The notes: generated from the sequence alone by a model not told the origin. A DNA stretch of 64,000 bases from Patescibacteria group bacterium (GCA_028714495.1 JAQTMH010000005.1:32840-96839), one strand, 5' to 3'; numbered from the stretch's first letter, positions 9,374-18,412 are shown. Program-made: numbers and translations.

Positions 9374-10669
9374 ATGCTCGACATAAAATACATCAGAGAA
9401 AATCCTGATAAAGTGGCTGCGGCTCTAAAAAAGCGCGGTCGCGATGTTGATTTATCCGAAGTTATAAAATTGGACAGGGATCTTCGCAAACTTGTTACTG
9501 ACGTTGATAAGATGAGGGCTGATATGAATCGCTTGGCTCACGCGATAAGAGATGCTCAAGGTTCAGAAAGACTCAACAAAATAGGTGAAGCAACATCGTT
9601 AAAAGACAGCCTGAAAGCCTGTGAAAAGGCACTAGAGCTCGTTAGAGGCAAGTTTCAGGCCAGGATGTATAAATTACCGAATATCCCTTTTGACGATGTT
9701 CCTGTAGGGTTTAATGAGGCTGGTAATAAAATATTGCGTAAGATTAGCCAAAAAACTAAATTCTCCTTTAAACCAAAGGATTGTTTAGCCATTTCAAACG
9801 CCTTAGATATTATTGATACAGAGCGAGCGGCCAAGGTATCAGGCACTCGCTTTGGGTATTTAAAAGGACAACTGGTAAAAATACAGTTCAATTTAATCAG
9901 CTATGTTTTTAAACGCCTGACTGATGAAAAATGGTTAGCCGGCGTAATCAAAAAGGCGAAACTGGACGTGCCAGCCAAGGCTTTTATTCCAATGGTCCCG
10001 CCGGTGATGATTAGGGGAGAGGTATTTAAAGCCATGGGCAAGCTTGATCCCGGGCAAGAAGAGGAGAGGTACTATCTGCCGAAAGACAAGCTCTATCTTA
10101 TCGGCAGCGCTGAACATACGCTCGGACCGTATTTCATGGATGAAACTTTTAAGTCAACTGATTTGCCTGTCCGCTTAATCGGCTACTCAACTTGTTTTCG
10201 CCGTGAAGCCGGAAGCTATGGAAAAGATACGAAGGGAATTTTACGCGTACACCAATTTGATAAACTTGAAATGTTTTCTTTCTCAAATCCCAAGCTTTCC
10301 AGAATAGAACACAAATTTTTTCTGGCCATCCAAGAAGCCATGATGCAAGAATTAAAACTCCCGTATCAAGTTGTCCATATTTGCACCGGCGACATGGTAT
10401 CAACCGACGCTGAACAATTTGATATTGAAACCTGGCTGCCTGGGCAGAATAACGGGGCAGGGGAGTATCGTGAAACACATTCATGTTCAAACTCAACCGA
10501 TTTCCAGTCACGCCGGCTAAATATCAAATACACCGACGGCAAAAAAACCGAGTTCGTCCATACTCTTAACGGTACCGCCTTTGCCATCGGCCGAACGTTA
10601 ATCGCCCTGATCGAGAATTACCAGACAAAAGAGGGAAATATCAAATTTCCGAAGGTTTTATTAAACTAA
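9374..10669 (+). CDS. serS: seryl-tRNA synthetase
   Basis: MLDIKYIRENPDKV N-terminal coiled-coil arm and a class II core (TCFRREAGSYGKDTKGILRVHQFDKLE). Confidence 0.9.
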   Translation: MLDIKYIRENPDKVAAALKKRGRDVDLSEVIKLDRDLRKLVTDVDKMRADMNRLAHAIRDAQGSERLNKIGEATSLKDSLKACEKALELVRGKFQARMYKLPNIPFDDVPVGFNEAGNKILRKISQKTKFSFKPKDCLAISNALDIIDTERAAKVSGTRFGYLKGQLVKIQFNLISYVFKRLTDEKWLAGVIKKAKLDVPAKAFIPMVPPVMIRGEVFKAMGKLDPGQEEERYYLPKDKLYLIGSAEHTLGPYFMDETFKSTDLPVRLIGYSTCFRREAGSYGKDTKGILRVHQFDKLEMFSFSNPKLSRIEHKFFLAIQEAMMQELKLPYQVVHICTGDMVSTDAEQFDIETWLPGQNNGAGEYRETHSCSNSTDFQSRRLNIKYTDGKKTEFVHTLNGTAFAIGRTLIALIENYQTKEGNIKFPKVLLN

Positions 10670-10776
10670 CACAAGGTGTTGGTTCGTATAATATCCAGTT
10701 AAACGAAATTGAGAAATTATCGCTTTCGTCGTACCATTAAAGAAAGCTTAATAAATCAAGATCTGATCATGCTTAT

Positions 10777-11829
10777 ATGCCTATCAACGTAGCAATTATC
10801 GGAACAGGAAACTGCGCTAAAAGCCTTGTTGAGGGTGTGGCTTTCTATTCTAAAAACAAAGAGGACAAAACTGGTTTAATGAATCCGCATATTGGAAAGT
10901 ATCACCCTTCTGATATCTACTTTGTCGCTGGCTTTGATATTGATGAAAGAAAAGTAGGTAAAAAATTACACGAAGCACTCAATGCGGAACCAAACAAAAC
11001 TGTTAAAATTGCAGACGTTCCTGAATATGACGTCATAGTGCAACGTGGCCCAACCTGTGACAGCGTTATTCCTGAACTTCGAGAATATTTTATCCATGAA
11101 AGCGACGAACCCGTTGCTGACGTTGCACAGGTCCTCAAAGATTCTGGTGCTGAAATCGTCATCAACTATCTTCCGACCGGCAGCGACAAAGCTACTTATG
11201 CGTACGCGGAAGCGGCTCTAATTGCTGGCTGTAGTTTCATTAACTGTATGCCTACACCAATAGCTAAACATCCGGAGTGGCAAAAAAAATTTGACGACGC
11301 CGGGCTTGTTTTGATGGGAGATGATATTAAGAGCCAATGCGGTGCTACAATTGTTAATCGGGTTTTGCTCAATCTTTTAAAAATGCGCGGTATTCGTATT
11401 ACAAAGTCCGAACAAATAAATTATGGTGGTAACTGCGACCACTTTAATCTGCATTACAGGCCTGAAGCCAAAGAAGCATCAAAAGAATCTGCTCTAAACA
11501 GCGTACTTAATCCCGACGACGCAAAACCCTCTGCTCGCATGGTTTATACTAAAAATAACTACGACCACAAACAAGCCAAAATTAAAATGGAAGGCGAAAT
11601 GTTTGGGCACATTCCTGTTTCCATTGATCTCACACTTGAAGACGAAGATAGTCCGAACAGTGGCGGCGTCGTCAATGACGCAATTAGAGCCGCTAAATTA
11701 TTAGTAGAGAATAGAAGGCCATACCTAGCCAAAGAATTGTGCGCCTTTTTATTCAAAGCCCCACCAGCGCAGTTTCCTGACACAGAAGCATTGCAAAAGT
11801 TTAGAGAGATTATCAAATCTTTAGAGTAA
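10777..11829 (+). CDS. myo-inositol-1-phosphate synthase family protein (archaeal-type MIPS-like, NAD-binding)
   Basis: N-terminal Rossmann motif (IIGTGNCA). EDSPNSGGVVNDAIRAAKL resembles the archaeal MIPS C-terminal motif. 350 aa. Confidence 0.5.
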   Translation: MPINVAIIGTGNCAKSLVEGVAFYSKNKEDKTGLMNPHIGKYHPSDIYFVAGFDIDERKVGKKLHEALNAEPNKTVKIADVPEYDVIVQRGPTCDSVIPELREYFIHESDEPVADVAQVLKDSGAEIVINYLPTGSDKATYAYAEAALIAGCSFINCMPTPIAKHPEWQKKFDDAGLVLMGDDIKSQCGATIVNRVLLNLLKMRGIRITKSEQINYGGNCDHFNLHYRPEAKEASKESALNSVLNPDDAKPSARMVYTKNNYDHKQAKIKMEGEMFGHIPVSIDLTLEDEDSPNSGGVVNDAIRAAKLLVENRRPYLAKELCAFLFKAPPAQFPDTEALQKFREIIKSLE

Positions 11830-11845
11830 CGACCGCGCCAATTTC

Positions 11846-11917
11846 TCAACATCGTTTAACAGCGTCTATCCGCCATCCGCCCTGGGCGGACAGGCGCATG
11901 AGACGCAAACGTTGTGC
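11846..11917 (+). repeat. structured repeat copy A (attC-like: ACAAC/GTTGT and GCGTCT/AGACGC box pairs flanking the CCGCCCtgGGCGG hairpin)
   Basis: The same about-65-nt element recurs at 12452, 13061 and 13455. This copy ends about 25 nt before the ATG of the next ORF. Confidence 0.6.
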
Positions 11918-11943
11918 GAAATTCCATTTTTACTAATAAAACT

Positions 11944-12441
11944 ATGCTCATAGGATTAGCTGGGTTGCCGGCGTCCGGTAAGACCTCGATTGCAAAACAA
12001 CTTGAGAAATATGGGTTTCAAAACCTTTCAAGGGATCATTTTATCTCCTCGTTATTTAATCCCGTCCACTATAGCTCGCGCAAGCAAAAAGATATCGCAT
12101 ACAAAGCCATGATGCTTGTCGCCGAATATCACTTGAGAAGCAACCGTAAGGTTGTCCTCGATTGTCCATCGTTTAGTCAAAGGTGGGCCATCAAACTTGC
12201 GCAGGAAACCGCACGAAAGACGAGATCGAAATTTAAACTCATCTTTCTTACCTGCCCCGATCATACAGCGGTACACAGAATCCGCTCATCAAAAAATCAC
12301 ACCGCAACTGACCGGACACCGGCACTCTACTTCAACGTAAAAAAACGTTTCCAACCTCTCACTGTGCGACATGCTGTTATACGGACAGATCGGGCGATCA
12401 AGGACACGATGATCGATATTATCCAGTATTTGAAAAAGTAA
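11944..12441 (+). CDS. small P-loop NTPase / nucleotide-kinase-like protein
   Basis: Walker A GLPASGKTS at the N-terminus. 166 aa. Start assumed at the ATG (MLIGLAG), because the ORF-track start is a GTG that lies inside repeat A. Confidence 0.5.
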   Translation: MLIGLAGLPASGKTSIAKQLEKYGFQNLSRDHFISSLFNPVHYSSRKQKDIAYKAMMLVAEYHLRSNRKVVLDCPSFSQRWAIKLAQETARKTRSKFKLIFLTCPDHTAVHRIRSSKNHTATDRTPALYFNVKKRFQPLTVRHAVIRTDRAIKDTMIDIIQYLKK

Positions 12442-12451
12442 AAATGAAACT

Positions 12452-12519
12452 TCGCACAACAGCATCTATACGCCATCCCGTCGGATGACGGGGCAGCGTA
12501 TGAGACGCAAACGTTGTAC
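12452..12519 (+). repeat. structured repeat copy B (ACAAC..GCATCT..[CCCGTCggatGACGGG]..AGACGC..GTTGT)
   Basis: Outer and inner inverted boxes and a central GC hairpin, as in copy A. Followed about 20 nt later by the ATG of the HD hydrolase. Confidence 0.6.
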
Positions 12520-12537
12520 GAAATTGTCACACACACT

Positions 12538-13050
12538 ATGATTACAGCAGATGAATTTAAAAAATTAATAGATTTTGCCTTTGAGGCCTATCAGATAAAC
12601 AATACATCTGGCCAAGAATATAGGCAAAATGGAAAAGTGCCTTATATCATACATCCGCTTTGGTGTGCTTCAATGCTAATTACCGACACTAGAATTCCCT
12701 ATGAGGAACGAGAAAAAGGCTTTAAAGCACTTGTATTGCATGATGTACTTGAAGACACGAGCATGCAATTTCCAGACTGGGTTGAGCCAGATGTTAAAGA
12801 GATTGTAAAGGAATTAACTTTTGAAACTTCTGACCATGCTTTGGCTTCTATTCAGTCCAAGTCAATTAATATAAAACTCCTCATGCTAGTTGACGGCTTG
12901 TCTAGTATGTATGAGGAGCATGTCTGGCCTCAAAGGCGAAATAAATGGAAGGCCATGATGGAGATTGTAGTTAAAGAAGTTGAGGAACACTATGGAAACA
13001 TTCGAGTTGTTCAGTTGGCGAAATCCATAATTGAAAATACTAATTGGTAG
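12538..13050 (+). CDS. stand-alone RelA/SpoT-type HD domain, small alarmone ((p)ppGpp) hydrolase-like
   Basis: GKVPYIIHPLWCASMLI and ALVLHDVLEDT match the SpoT/Mesh1 HD signature. About 170 aa. Confidence 0.6.
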   Translation: MITADEFKKLIDFAFEAYQINNTSGQEYRQNGKVPYIIHPLWCASMLITDTRIPYEEREKGFKALVLHDVLEDTSMQFPDWVEPDVKEIVKELTFETSDHALASIQSKSINIKLLMLVDGLSSMYEEHVWPQRRNKWKAMMEIVVKEVEEHYGNIRVVQLAKSIIENTNW

Positions 13051-13060
13051 TGTGTTTGTG

Positions 13061-13156
13061 ACAACATCGTACAACAGCGTCTATCCGCCATTCCCTGCCT
13101 AGGCAGGCAGGCGCTAGCGCTCCACGCCGCATACGCCGAAACGTTAGATGAGACGA
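13061..13156 (+). repeat. structured repeat copy C (rearranged 3' boxes; central CCCTGCCtagGCAGG hairpin)
   Basis: Shares CAACATCGT..ACAACAGCGTCTATCCGCCAT with copy A. It lies upstream of the Cys-rich peptide ORF. Confidence 0.5.
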
Positions 13157-13207
13157 TGACCAAATAAAAAATATCATTAAAAAAACAAAAGAAGGAGGTG
13201 ATAAACA

Positions 13208-13357
13208 ATGTGTGAATGGTGTAATACTACAGTGTACTGTGGCTGTCCTAAACCCGAAGACAGCATTACAAAATGTGGGTGCGAAAAAGGTGTAAACTGC
13301 GCTGTCTGTGGCCACAGTCCAAGAAAGGAAGAGAAAGAAAAACCTGAAGAAAAGTAA
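13208..13357 (+). CDS. cysteine-rich 49-aa peptide (8 Cys + 1 His; metallothionein-like or zinc-ribbon-like), not in the ORF track
   Basis: Translation: MCEWCNTTVYCGCPKPEDSITKCGCEKGVNCAVCGHSPRKEEKEKPEEK. Strong SD AAGGAGGTG 7 nt upstream. Below the 60-aa ORF-track cutoff. Confidence 0.5.
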   Translation: MCEWCNTTVYCGCPKPEDSITKCGCEKGVNCAVCGHSPRKEEKEKPEEK

Positions 13358-13454
13358 ACCCGCGAGATTGAAGTTATGGCATAACCTACTGGTGTGGTTG
13401 TAATTCTTTTGCTTAACCAAATCAGTCCATCATTACCAGATAGGCCGCGCAATT

Positions 13455-13518
13455 CTACCGCCTCCATTCCGTCGCAACTCCCGCCAGAGGCGGGCAGGTC
13501 GGCTAGCCCGAAACGTGT
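13455..13518 (+). repeat. structured repeat copy D (degenerate; CCCGCCagaGGCGGG hairpin, ..GAAACGT tail)
   Basis: CTACCGCCTCCATTCC..hairpin..CAGGTCGGC..GAAACGT parallels copies A and C. Confidence 0.4.
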
Positions 13519-13575
13519 TATCGGAAATATCAACTACTACATTATTAACTTTATAAATTTAATTTTTTATTAACT

Positions 13576-13743
13576 ATGATAAACAAATACGGTAATTTAA
13601 TAGCTGCAATAAGTTTTTTTATCGCGGCTATTTGTATGTTTATTTCAGATGCGCACAGTAAAGCTATCTTTACAGCGATGTTTGGTGTGCTTGGGATAGT
13701 AAATATGGTTATCTTTGCAACTAACAAAAAGAAATAATACAAA
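13576..13743 (+). CDS. small two-TM membrane peptide (55 aa)
   Basis: MINKYGNLIAAISFFIAAICMFISDAHSKAIFTAMFGVLGIVNMVIFATNKKK. Two hydrophobic helices and a lysine tail. No clear RBS. Preferred over the overlapping minus-strand ORFs. Confidence 0.25.
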
Positions 13744-13883
13744 AAAACCGTAGTTTGGTGGTCGATCAATGGATGTCGAACATTGTAAAATTAATACTAA
13801 ACCGGCTATCAATGCCGATAAAATGGGCAAAAACTTCAGATACAAATAAACGTTAGCTGAAATAATAAAAATTAATATAAAAT

Positions 13884-14249
13884 ATGGAAAAAAATATTAG
13901 CAAGGGTTTGTTCTGGACGCCAAGAATTCTAGCAATGATATTCATCCTCTTTTTAGCCTTGATGTCGCTGGATGTTTTTGGGCCGGGGCAAGGTTTTTGG
14001 CAAACAACTGAAGCTCTTTTTACGCATAATTTGCCCGCTCTCGTTTTGCTTGCGGTCTTACTAATATCTTGGAAATATGAAATTGTCGGCGGGGTCGGTT
14101 TTATTCTGGCTGGATTAGTTTACATCGCCTTGCTAATGAGAAGCCCGTTTGAATGGTATAAGCTGTCCTGGGCCATGCAAATTGCCGGAGTTGCTTTTCT
14201 GACAGGAGCATTATTTCTCGCGGGTTGGTTTAAAAAAAGACACAAATAA
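13884..14249 (+). CDS. hypothetical four-TM membrane protein
   Basis: 121 aa, four hydrophobic segments, no recognisable motif. Confidence 0.45.
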   Translation: MEKNISKGLFWTPRILAMIFILFLALMSLDVFGPGQGFWQTTEALFTHNLPALVLLAVLLISWKYEIVGGVGFILAGLVYIALLMRSPFEWYKLSWAMQIAGVAFLTGALFLAGWFKKRHK

Positions 14250-14317
14250 TTATTACATGCGATAATACGGGCTAGCCGGTTCCGTGAAAGAGATGAAATT
14301 TATTTTACAAAATTGAA

Positions 14318-14344
14318 GAGCCCCTTGATGTGATCGCGGGGCTC
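14318..14344 (-). terminator. hairpin GAGCCCC(N13)GGGGCTC downstream of the 14354..14683 gene
   Basis: 7-bp GC stem seen in sequence, followed by a weak U-rich tract on the minus strand. Confidence 0.3.
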
Positions 14345-14353
14345 GGCTGAGGG

Positions 14354-14683
14354 TTAGGCAGACGGTACGGGTTCGATGATCTCAAACACTCCATGGCGAT
14401 GAGTCGTCACATACAGAGCCTTGAACCTGCGGGATCGGTGGTTTTTCTCGAAGTAGCTGCCCTCGATTTCCCACGAATCCCCGTTGCGATTGGCGCGACG
14501 ACAGCCAATGACCATAGCCTCGATCCGGCCGTCGAAGACGGGTTCCGGAATGTTCACGGCTTCTGCGCTAGCATCGACCGTGAACCAAACAGTATGTTGG
14601 TGCTTCCGGTCGTCTGCGAATAGCGCGGTCATGAGGTCGAACTTCGACGGTCCGCCACTGATCGAAATCACTGGGTTAGCCAT
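14354..14683 (-). CDS. hypothetical protein, GC-rich (about 57% GC) relative to surroundings
   Basis: 109-aa ORF with a strong SD (AAAGGAGGGG) before the ATG. Its composition stands out from the 40% GC background. Confidence 0.45.
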   Translation of the reverse strand: MANPVISISGGPSKFDLMTALFADDRKHQHTVWFTVDASAEAVNIPEPVFDGRIEAMVIGCRRANRNGDSWEIEGSYFEKNHRSRRFKALYVTTHRHGVFEIIEPVPSA

Positions 14684-14955
14684 ACAGTAACCCCCTCCTT
14701 TTAAAGGAGCTGCTCCTGAACAGGGCAGGAGCTCCCTCTGATCCAGTCATGCGACCAGACGACCTACCCATACGGATAGGAATTATCGAACCAAAGGACT
14801 ATAGTTCAGTTTGAAGAAAATGTCAAGGTGTGTACAATAATCAGAAATTTCGCCTCTTTCGCTTCACCCAAATTGCTTCTTCATTCCGGCGGTACTTCGA
14901 TCCGATCGATATTGTTCCGCCTATAGAATACTAGTTATTAAGATAATTTACCGAT

Positions 14956-14984
14956 TTAACAAAACCTTCATTTTCCGGTATAAT
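14956..14984 (+). promoter_or_regulatory. putative promoter TTAACA-N17-TATAAT upstream of alr
   Basis: Seen in sequence about 30 nt upstream of the alr start. Inference. Confidence 0.3.
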
Positions 14985-15013
14985 TTACGGGAAAGTTTTA
15001 TTATTAGTTTAAT

Positions 15014-16150
15014 ATGGACAACAAACTACTTTCCTGGATTGAAATAGATAAATCCGCGCTTCTAAATAATTTAACCGCTTTTAAAAAATTAGTCGGCTCA
15101 AAAGTCGAAGTAATGCCGATTATTAAAAGCAATGCCTACGGTCATGGCTTAATTGAGGTTGCGAAGATTTTCGCTCCAAAGAGCAATTGGCTGGGGGTTG
15201 TTAACCTTGATGAAGCGTTATTACTTAGAAAAAACAGAATTAATAACAAGATTTTTGTTTTGAGCTATTTTGATGAGAAAAAATTATCATCGGCAGCCGG
15301 CAAAAATATAGTTTTCCCGGTATATACTCTTGAAATGGCTAAAATGATTTCCCTGGCTGGATTAAAGGCGAGAAAACGAATACCAGTTCACATAAAAATC
15401 GACGTAGGCACTTCCAGGATTGGAGTTTTGTCAAACGAAGCAGTTAACTTTGCCAAAAAAATTAAGAAATTGCCAGGCTTGGAAATCCAAGGCGCTTTTT
15501 CACATTTGGCTGATTCTGAAAATTTCGACCAAAGCTATACCAACAAACAAATTAAAACTTTTCAAGAAGCCATTCGTACGCTTGAAGAAAATGGTTTCAA
15601 TTTGCGCTACAAACATCTGGCTTGTTCAGCCTCAACGATCATTAACCCGCGATCGCGATTTGACCTGGTACGCGTTGGAATTGGCCTTTATGGCCTCTGG
15701 CCCTCAAAAGGCGCTAAAGACCTGTTTAAACGGCATTTAAACGGCTTTAAATTGATTCCAGCGCTATCTTGGCACACCAAAGTAATACAAATCAAATCCA
15801 TACCCGAGAGAACCAATATCGGTTATGGCTGTACGTATAAAACCAAAAGGCTTACTAAGCTGGCTATTCTGCCTATTGGCTATTGGGATGGCTATGATAG
15901 AAAATTATCAAATAAAGGCGAGGTCTTAATAAGTGGCAAGCGAGCTAAAATTCTTGGCAGAGTTTGTATGAATATGATGATGATAGACGCAACTGACATA
16001 CCAGGTGTCAGAGCAGGGGATAGGGCAATGTTAATCGGCGGGCAAGGCAGAGAATATATCAGCGCTGAAGAGCTTGCTGAAAAAGCCGAAACGATTAATT
16101 ATGAAATTGTAACGCGGATCAACCCGCTTATTCCGAGAATCGTGGTATAA
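15014..16150 (+). CDS. alr: alanine racemase (PLP-dependent)
   Basis: PIIKSNAYGHG carries the PLP-lysine motif. 378 aa with a TIM-barrel plus beta-domain layout. Confidence 0.85.
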   Translation: MDNKLLSWIEIDKSALLNNLTAFKKLVGSKVEVMPIIKSNAYGHGLIEVAKIFAPKSNWLGVVNLDEALLLRKNRINNKIFVLSYFDEKKLSSAAGKNIVFPVYTLEMAKMISLAGLKARKRIPVHIKIDVGTSRIGVLSNEAVNFAKKIKKLPGLEIQGAFSHLADSENFDQSYTNKQIKTFQEAIRTLEENGFNLRYKHLACSASTIINPRSRFDLVRVGIGLYGLWPSKGAKDLFKRHLNGFKLIPALSWHTKVIQIKSIPERTNIGYGCTYKTKRLTKLAILPIGYWDGYDRKLSNKGEVLISGKRAKILGRVCMNMMMIDATDIPGVRAGDRAMLIGGQGREYISAEELAEKAETINYEIVTRINPLIPRIVV

Positions 16151-16187
16151 TCATTTTCCTAAATTTTTACATTTTGAAATATTAATT

Positions 16188-17357
16188 TTGAATTATTTTG
16201 CGACACTTATGGTCGAAAGAAAAAAAATAACCGTAGGCGTAATTTTCGGGGGACAGTCTGGGGAGCATGAGGTTTCTTTGGTTTCGGCAAATTCCGTGAT
16301 AAATTCCCTGGATCGAAAAAAATATCAGGTCATACCAATCGGTATAACAAAAAGCGGGCATTGGCTGATGGGACCAGACGCCTTGAAATTCTTACGAACA
16401 GGTCAGGGTGTCAATTTTCATCATGAAAGCATCATTCCTGAAAGTAACCAACAGGCGCTAGTTCCTATTAAAAAATCAATAAGTAAGCTGTCCCAAACAC
16501 AAAAGGGCATTTACCAAGGCAGGCTAGATGTCGTATTTCCCGTGCTTCATGGGCCATACGGCGAAGATGGAACTATCCAGGGGCTGTTTGAGCTGTCTGA
16601 CATACCTTATGTTGGCGCCGGGGTTCTAGCCTCGGCTTGCGGCATGGACAAGGTGGTAATGAAAGCTCTATTTCGTCAATCAGGCATACCCACGCCTAAA
16701 TATATCGGCGTTATCCGACACGATTTTGAGAAACATAAATCACAAATTATTAAAGAGATTGAAAAACACATTGGCTATCCAAACTTTATCAAACCAGCCA
16801 ATCTTGGTTCAAGCGTGGGCATATCAAAGTCCAAAAATCGCGCGGGCTTGGCTAGGGGAATCAGACAGGCTTTCAAATACGACCGCAAGGTGATTATTGA
16901 AGAGGCGATTACGGGGCGAGAAATTGAATGTTCGGTCATGGGCCATAACGAGCCGATTGCTTCTTTGCCCGGGGAGGTAAAGTCAAATCGCGAGTTTTAT
17001 GATTACCAAGCCAAATATATTGATGGATTATCGGAGATTATACTGCCCGCTCCATTGACGAATCGGCAGGTTAAACTTATTCGCGATCTCGCTATCCAGG
17101 CTTTTAGATCAATTGATTGCTCGGGTTTGGCCCGGATAGATTTTTTCCTCGAAAATAAAACAGGCAGAATTCTGGTCAACGAGATAAATACCATGCCCGG
17201 TTTTACCGATATCAGCATGTATCCAAAGCTCTGGGAAATCACCGGTTTGCCGTATCCAAGGCTCTTAGATAAATTGATTGAACTAGCGATATTTCGTCAT
17301 CGTGAGAAGTCGTTAATCAAAAAATCGTTTAAGCCGTCTAAAAACTGGTATGTTTAA
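16188..17357 (+). CDS. ddl: D-alanine--D-alanine ligase
   Basis: [16 protein letters not shown]-terminal motif and an ATP-grasp core. Follows alr. Confidence 0.85.
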   Translation: MNYFATLMVERKKITVGVIFGGQSGEHEVSLVSANSVINSLDRKKYQVIPIGITKSGHWLMGPDALKFLRTGQGVNFHHESIIPESNQQALVPIKKSISKLSQTQKGIYQGRLDVVFPVLHGPYGEDGTIQGLFELSDIPYVGAGVLASACGMDKVVMKALFRQSGIPTPKYIGVIRHDFEKHKSQIIKEIEKHIGYPNFIKPANLGSSVGISKSKNRAGLARGIRQAFKYDRKVIIEEAITGREIECSVMGHNEPIASLPGEVKSNREFYDYQAKYIDGLSEIILPAPLTNRQVKLIRDLAIQAFRSIDCSGLARIDFFLENKTGRILVNEINTMPGFTDISMYPKLWEITGLPYPRLLDKLIELAIFRHREKSLIKKSFKPSKNWYV

Positions 17358-17362
17358 AGAGT

Positions 17363-18412
17363 ATGCAGGATAACTGGGAATCCAATAGGAGATTTATTAC
17401 CAAAAAGCTGGTTTACCGCAATCCATATTTTCCGCGTGAATCAGCTCCTGATCGCCGCAAAAGGCACCGCAAACTCTGGACTTTTTTGGGTTTGATAATA
17501 TTTGGGGCAGTCGTTTATTTTTTGATATTCTCGTCTTTATTTCGGATCAAGAATATTCAAGTTACCGGAGGGACAGATGATCGAATTTCTAGCATCAGAA
17601 GTTTAACTAATGATTACCTAGACCATAAGACTCTGGGCATATTTCCACGGGACAACTGGTTGATTATATCAACGTCTAACCTCAAAAGTGCGTTAGAGCA
17701 GGAGATAGTCAAAAAAATCAGTCTGGAGTATCTAAAAGTTACCAAACGCTTTCCCAGATCCCTGATAATCGATTTTAAAGAACGGACCGCCCAACTCATT
17801 GTCCAGTCCAATAGCCGGTCATACCTGGTTGATAATCAGGGAGTTGTCGTTAGTGAACAATTTCTTACCGAAGAAGTAAAAACCCAAGATCAAAATAACG
17901 TCAACGCGACGGAACAAACCAAGTCGCCATATCCGATTATCCGGCATGGGAAAAAGGAAACAATTTCTATCGGCCAGCAAATATTTCCATCAGCCTTGGC
18001 CCAGGCCATTCTCGAAGTGAATCAATTGTTTACTGACCGCTTTGAAGATCTGCTGATTGATCACTTTGAGACCATTTATCGCGAATGCGTGAAAATTGAA
18101 CCCACAAAACCGACAAATACAAATAAAAACGCCAACAGCAACGCGAATACCAACGAGAATGCAAATACGGAGATAAATGAAAATACCAATGCTTCAATTG
18201 ACGATAGTGAAGATGAAGAGTGCGTTGATCAGCCAATAACCGAATTCAGCCTGGTAACGCCAGATGGCTTAATCATTTATTTTAGTAGTACGCTTTCAGT
18301 TGTTGAACAAATAAACTCCTTATCCATGAGTTTGAATGATAAACTAAAAAATATGGTCAAGGATCTAAAATATATCGATCTTCGCTATATACCCAGGGTA
18401 TACTATAAATGA
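17363..18412 (+). CDS. ftsQ: cell division protein FtsQ/DivIB (POTRA domain) with an Asn/Thr-rich low-complexity insert
   Basis: Cytoplasmic basic N-terminus, one TM, then a POTRA-like IKNIQVTG segment. Located downstream of ddl. Contains the insert NTNKNANSNANTNENANTEINENTNAS. Confidence 0.6.
   Translation: MQDNWESNRRFITKKLVYRNPYFPRESAPDRRKRHRKLWTFLGLIIFGAVVYFLIFSSLFRIKNIQVTGGTDDRISSIRSLTNDYLDHKTLGIFPRDNWLIISTSNLKSALEQEIVKKISLEYLKVTKRFPRSLIIDFKERTAQLIVQSNSRSYLVDNQGVVVSEQFLTEEVKTQDQNNVNATEQTKSPYPIIRHGKKETISIGQQIFPSALAQAILEVNQLFTDRFEDLLIDHFETIYRECVKIEPTKPTNTNKNANSNANTNENANTEINENTNASIDDSEDEECVDQPITEFSLVTPDGLIIYFSSTLSVVEQINSLSMSLNDKLKNMVKDLKYIDLRYIPRVYYK

Noticed and set aside
11846-13525. Possibility that the four repeats form a CRISPR array
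   Set aside because: Spacing of 365-615 bp encloses real ORFs. The repeats are about 65 nt, imperfect and internally structured with boxed inverted repeats. No cas genes are present.
13551-13845. Minus-strand ORFs 13551..13769 and 13645..13845
   Set aside because: They are low-complexity translations of an AT-rich stretch. A + strand 55-aa two-TM peptide (13576-13743) is a more coherent reading, though itself low-confidence.
14353-14359. Canonical attC core GTTAGGC overlapping the stop codon of 14354..14683
   Set aside because: It is a single 7-mer with no partnering inverse core or hairpin. It is expected by chance in 64 kb.
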